Below are positions 58,900 through 64,000 of a DNA stretch of 64,000 nt, piece by piece. The notes beneath the pieces are model-generated. The model searched no databases and was not told the DNA's origin. It saw nothing but the letters and a program-made list of their open reading frames with translations. The stretch covers positions 275,776,001-275,840,000 of the forward strand of contig NC_067402.1 in assembly GCF_016432865.1 (NCBI RefSeq). The letters are read 5' to 3'. The position numbers and the translations under genes were made by a program. This DNA is from Antechinus flavipes. Lineage: Eukaryota. Position 1 is the stretch's first letter, and each line of letters begins with the position of its first letter.

Positions 58900-61800
58900 T
58901 TAGGCCTATATAACTGACCCTGGCCAGTTGGCTAAATAAAAATTGGCCACAAGACTAGAAGTAGCAGGCATATTTTCTCCCCTGGTTCTCCTTAGAGACA
59001 TTTGTTCTGTTGAACCAGCATGATATAGATACTTTCTTATTGATTACAATTGGAATAAAAGATAAATTTCTGGCAAAAAAGCAGATACTAGAATATTCCA
59101 TTTTTCAATTATGGGCCACATCAAAATTAAATGACTACTTAGGACAATCCAAACAAATAGAAATTAACATGTTTCAAAATAATTTTAAAATAATATAAAG
59201 TCTAAAATGATGAAGAGCTTGAACTTAGGAGAAAAGGGACATGAAACACAAAGGGCAGGAAACCAAGGAAGGGAAGAACTTCCTTCAACTCTACATACAT
59301 ACCTCTAAGTAAGGATCAGTCAGGTTGCCCTGCCTAAGTCTTAAGTTTTAGCCCATTTACTTACTTTGGGAATTTAAATAAATTAAAAAAAGACCTCAGG
59401 GCAGAGTATAAGGACATTTTCTAAGCATACTTCTGTTATTTAATGGCATTCCCTCTTACAAACTCAAGGCAGAAAGGAAGCTTGCTTTTTAAATTTCAGG
59501 ATGATGCACATATTGGAAAATTTAATATATGTTGAACCAAGAATCATATTCTATACTTTAATCCTGAATCCATGACTCAACATTACATTTAAAACTTATT
59601 TTAATAAGATAAAAATATCTTTAAAGACATTTGTTGTGTTGAACCAGCATGATAAAGTTCCCCCTCCTATGGTTTAAAAGAATATTTTTAATTCAGATAA
59701 AAAAATCAAACAAACCATAACACTTTACTGCTAAAATGTGGAAATGAAGATATCACGTTTATGTGTCTTATATTTTAAAATATTTGAATGACATTCATCA
59801 AAAGGAACAAATCTCAACTTTAAGTTCAGTTACAGAATCTGCAGCTATTATCATCACCATTATCTTGTTTACATATAAATAAATTCTCAGAGTAAACTAA
59901 AAAGATAACTTTTAAACTTGAATCTTTTAGTGAGGCTAAGTTTTCTTAAATGAGGTTAAATTCATTTTCAAAGAAGGACTTGATTGAACAGGACCAAAAA
60001 CTGGGAAAAAGCCACAAAAAGAGCACTTTGGCTATATGAAATATAACTTCTCTAACTTGTTAAACAAGACAACATCTTCCGTGTTATATTTAAGTGGAAA
60101 AGCTTCAATCATTTTAAGGGCACGGAAAGCATCTGAACCATTCTTAGTAAGAAAACATATTTATGTATGTAGACGCACAGTTAAGAAAAGTTCCTGTCTG
60201 CTTTTTAACTCAAAACAGTTGAACAGCCTGTTCTAGCTCCATAAAGAAGTAGTTTTAAAATCATTTGGGGGCTCAGACTAAGTAGACTAAGTATGAACAT
60301 AATTTTTTAGGATATCGTAAGTAATATGTGATAGGGCTACCATGAAAGATCCTTTTCAAACTACACATCAAACCTATTATACATTTTAGAATAGCAATAA
60401 AAGAGTAAGACAGCAATAACAGCAAACACATCCCACTTCATTTGATATGTTATGACTGAACTGTCCAAGTTCTCAACATAAGCCTTTGAGCAGTACTGAG
60501 AACTTATAGAAAGTTAGAAAGCTGACCAGGGAAATGGGAAACAGAAACCACATGAAATCCTCATTTCACGTATAGTGGCATTCCATCCAAGCTCTATCCA
60601 GCCTCAATAGGTGGTCTTGAAGAAAGATCAAACCACCAAAACTGCTGCATTCAGTTTGCATTGGCTATCTGATGATCTACTGGGAGCCCAGAGCCATTAA
60701 TTTCTATTCTCATATCAATGGAGTTGGTTTTGTTGAAAGGTTTAAACTAAGGCAATTATTGAAATGTATAGTAATAATAATTCAATTATAGTTCTACTTT
60801 GGCCATTCCAATATGCTACAAAACAACCCAGATTAAGAAGTTCTGCCAAATTTCAATTTCAGAAATCCGTTCTTACAAAAGCAGATAAAATATGCTATTT
60901 TTCTCAATAGTTTAATAAAATATAAAAGCATAAGGAAAAAAATGACTTATTTTAAATAGCAATATCTTCAGTAATGACAAAGATAGATACTATATTTCTG
61001 AATGAATTAAAATTAAGTGAAGTTTTGGATAAGATCCACTGTAAACGTTCCATTGTCTCTTTTCTTCTTAATCAGTTTAATATCCACTAATATAGCCTTC
61101 CATATTCCTTTATATATCAGAGTCAGTGGGGACTAGGTTTTACCTGGAATATTAAATCAATTTCACATTATGGAAAACAGGAGATAATTTTGCTTAAATA
61201 AACCAACACAAGCCTGAGATTTTTGCAAAATTTTATCTTCACTCAAAAATGTCCCCGAAAACCCAATTTAGCAAATGAAACCGTGTGGTACTATGACAAT
61301 TTTTTTTTTTTTTGAGAAAAAAGCTAGATCTCTTTTCTACTGTCATGCTGGCTTTATTTTCAGGCTGAAATTCAACGCTATCATCTGATTTTCAGTAGTT
61401 TTTTCTTTACAACCGAATCAAACAGAATTCTTGGACCACATTTATTGTAAACCTTAGTTTTGTCCTTTTGTTTCTTCATGTGGGTGGAGCAGCACTGTTT
61501 CTACCAGCAGTCATATGAATCTGTAGAGATACACTTCCCACCTAAAGCTATAAAAACTTTTGTGTTTAAACTTTTAAAGACAAAAGACAAACAGAACAAT
61601 CTCTACCCAAGTTCTTGGCTGAGGCTTCTTATGTACAAAGGAGTCTAAAGGAGAGATGAGAAGACTTTCTTCAGTAAGCACATGATGCTGACCCTTCATC
61701 ATTTCTTCTGTGCCAAAAGCAAGGCCTTTAACTTTTATGTACAAATGATTTACCAATTGTCAGAGCAGCTTCAGTTATCTCATGTTTGAGCCCATTTATC

Positions 61801-62251
61801 ACCACATTTAGCTGTGCAATGTAACTTTAAGTGACTTCCAGTAGTGACTAGATGCACCGAACTATCCACATTCTCTCACCCAAATCCCCTTGTGACAAAT
61901 GGCATGCGTTTGTGAGAGAGCTAGCCAGAACTGAGGTTGTCCATTGTGGTTGAATAACAATTTTTCCTCTATGCAAAGCTAAATGGTTACTGGAATTCGA
62001 CCCTAAAACCTTGGCAATCATCTTCCCACCCAATGTTTCCCAACTTTCTCAGTCATTGACATGCCTATGAACACACCAAAAAAATGGGGAGGATTTTTTT
62101 CCTGGCTTGGAATCCATGGGTTAAACTGACTGCTACACTATTAAAAGCATTTATAGATGTAGATAGCACATTATCCAGATATTCTTGTTCCCTTCTCTTC
62201 AATGTTTCCTACCATCATAATTCACCTAATCTTGATCAGAAACCGGGAAAA
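58900..62251 (-). other. Probable terminal exon/3' UTR region of an unidentified minus-strand gene
   Basis: About 3.3 kb with no recognisable repeats; U-rich on the minus strand with several AATAAA; strong ctctttttttgttttttgccag acceptor (exon start 62251; phase 1 gives VFPVSDQD*). Confidence 0.4.
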
Positions 62252-62399
62252 CTGGCAAAAAACAAAAAAAGAGTTGGGAAATCAGAAACATCATGACACA
62301 TCGATTCCAGTCACATTTAATAAAAAAAAACAACCCTAGTCAAAAGGCATACTAAGAACTACACTAATTCAGAACTTTTTCCTTACAATGATAGTTAAA

Positions 62400-63160
62400 T
62401 TTATCTGCACGGTGCATAGTTTCAAAATGTTTTTAAATGTATTATATCTCATTTGATTCTCACAACAAAAAAATATAACTTGTGTGGGAATTGGAGTCAA
62501 ACTTATTTTTGAAAAGATATTTTTATACCATTTACCTAGTATTCAACATATCTAAAGAATAACTCATTTTCCCCCCAAACCCACGTCTTTTCCCAATTTC
62601 TGTCAATGACAATGCCACTTTTCCCATCTTCCATGGTCGTAACTATAATATTCTCCTTGACTCCTTAATTACCCTCAATTCACACAGGCAATGAGTTGTC
62701 AACTTTTACCCTTCTTCTACCCTTCACAATATCTCTTGCTACCGATCTTTTCTCCCTCCTCACACAGATATAATTGGAGTCCAGGATCTCTAGATCACTT
62801 TGACGGCTTCCTAATGGATTTTCCTGCTTCAAGTTATCTCCCCACTCCATTCTATTCGCCATACAACTATCAGAGGGAATAAGGGTGTTATAAAGTACCT
62901 ATTATGTGCTGGGCATTATGGTAAGTGCTTTACAATTTTTTACAAAAATTTACAAAATTTTTTCAATTTTTACACTATAACCCAGGGAGGCAGGTGCTAG
63001 CTATTATTAATCCCATTTTACAATCGAGGAAATTGAGGCAGACGGCAATTAAAAGACTTGCTCAGGATGACACAATTAGCGAAGTGTTCTGAGGCTAAAT
63101 GTGATCTCTGGTCTTTTTGACTTCAGGCCTGGTCCTCTGTCCATTATGCCTTAAGCTTCC
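62400..63160. mobile_element. MIR fragment, L2 fragment and antisense MIR
   Basis: ctcatttgattctcacaac; cttctcccttcacaatatctc...ctcccaactccattctattc; cccattttacaatcgaggaaattgaggcagac. Confidence 0.65.
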
Positions 63161-63446
63161 TTTAAAAATGTACATCAGCTACAAATCCAAGAACAGATGT
63201 TACATATTGTAGTGATGCTCCAGTGGAGATACGGAATTAGTTTGGATTACTAAATTATTGAACATATGCCAGTGTTTGAACTGTGTGTTATCTGGAAAAT
63301 ATTGTGATTATGGAGCCAAACATGTGGCCTTTTTTTCCTGAGTCTTCCATTTTGCATTTTGGTGGGTAGAAATAACAGAGAATTTGGAATTTGACACATG
63401 TACACCCATTCCTAATAAAGTCGAGAGCCACGCAAAATTCCAAGGT

Positions 63447-63526
63447 CTAACAGCGACAACAGGAGATAAGACACGAACGATGACTACGAAAAAGTCCAGA
63501 ATACCAGGGTGAAGCAACACTCAAAC
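63447..63526 (-). CDS. Candidate coding end of an exon (phase 1 GLSVASPWYSGLFRSHRSCLISCCRC*)
   Basis: ggctttctag acceptor (modest pyrimidine tract); six CpGs in 63422-63488, unusual for this genome; Cys-rich C-terminus; gene not recognised. Confidence 0.35.
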
Positions 63527-63619
63527 CTAGAAAGCCTTTCTATAAGAATTCAGAGCAGCTCTGAAGTGGCCAATGGGTTATACAGGCCTAAGGATGAGAA
63601 GCTGCCAGATTCCTTTGAA

Positions 63620-63730
63620 CAATATAGACTGTATGAGGGTAGAGACTGTCTTTTATCTTTCTTAGTATCCCTAGTGCTTAGTACAATGCCTGGTACATAA
63701 TGGGCACTCACTCATTAAGCTGACTGACTA
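63620..63730 (+). mobile_element. L2 3' end
   Basis: tagactgtatgagggtagagactgtc...gtgcttagtacaatgcctggtacataatgggcact...tgactgact. Confidence 0.8.
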
Positions 63731-64000
63731 GAAGAGAATCTTGTTAAAATTTTTAAACCACACATTTTCTCATCTCTACAAACACACACATATGTTTTAT
63801 AAAACTCATACAAACTAATACCTGGTTTCTGTTTGTTAATCACTGTTTTGGAGACCCAATAAAACCAACCCTATTATTTCTTAATTTGGTTCAACCAAAC
63901 ATTTGGTAAAATTCACATTTTCTGCACTCTAAGGTTTTCAATAAGACATTTCTAAGTATTACAAAGATTAAAAGAAAGGAAGCTAAGGGGGAAAAAATAA

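Noticed and set aside
58900-63526. Naming the upstream minus-strand gene
   Set aside because: None of the candidate C-terminal peptides matched a protein I actually recognise, so a symbol would be a guess.
1-64000. CRISPR arrays, rRNA genes, prokaryotic operons or defence systems
   Set aside because: The sequence is mammalian genomic DNA; no constant-repeat/unique-spacer array, rRNA similarity or dense ORF structure was seen.

Overview
AT-rich, CpG-depleted, mostly non-coding vertebrate DNA. The repeat set (WSINE1-type tRNA-derived SINEs, MAR1-type SINEs, marsupial-type L1 3' ends, RTE LINEs, MIR, L2, L3/CR1) points to a marsupial, probably a dasyurid; this is an inference. There are two short N gaps (8280-8528, 16965-17157). 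Much of the window is transposon relics and simple repeats, and almost all ORFs in the supplied track are spurious or come from L1/RTE. I could not recognise any protein-coding gene, so no gene symbols are given. Unique-sequence islands suggest three things. (i) The 3' end of an unidentified minus-strand gene at about 59-63.5 kb. (ii) An RFX X-box promoter at about 55.75 kb, possibly driving a multi-exon minus-strand transcript (candidate exons at 55.6, 48.3, 38.3, 37.7, 33.5, 30.4, 29.7, 22.5, 13.8 and 7.4 kb) that is mostly non-coding or codes a short protein. (iii) Several enhancer-like, repeat-poor blocks. The best sequence-level oddities are a solo LTR with a long hairpin starting at its predicted +1, a near-perfect 80-bp inverted repeat, a three-level nested L1 with a probable 3' transduction, a doubled inverted-CCAAT module, a CpG-retaining domain that crosses a dead RTE, and a 1.1-kb higher-order trinucleotide array. 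None of this demonstrates a new biological system. Repeat family names and most repeat boundaries were assigned by eye and are approximate.
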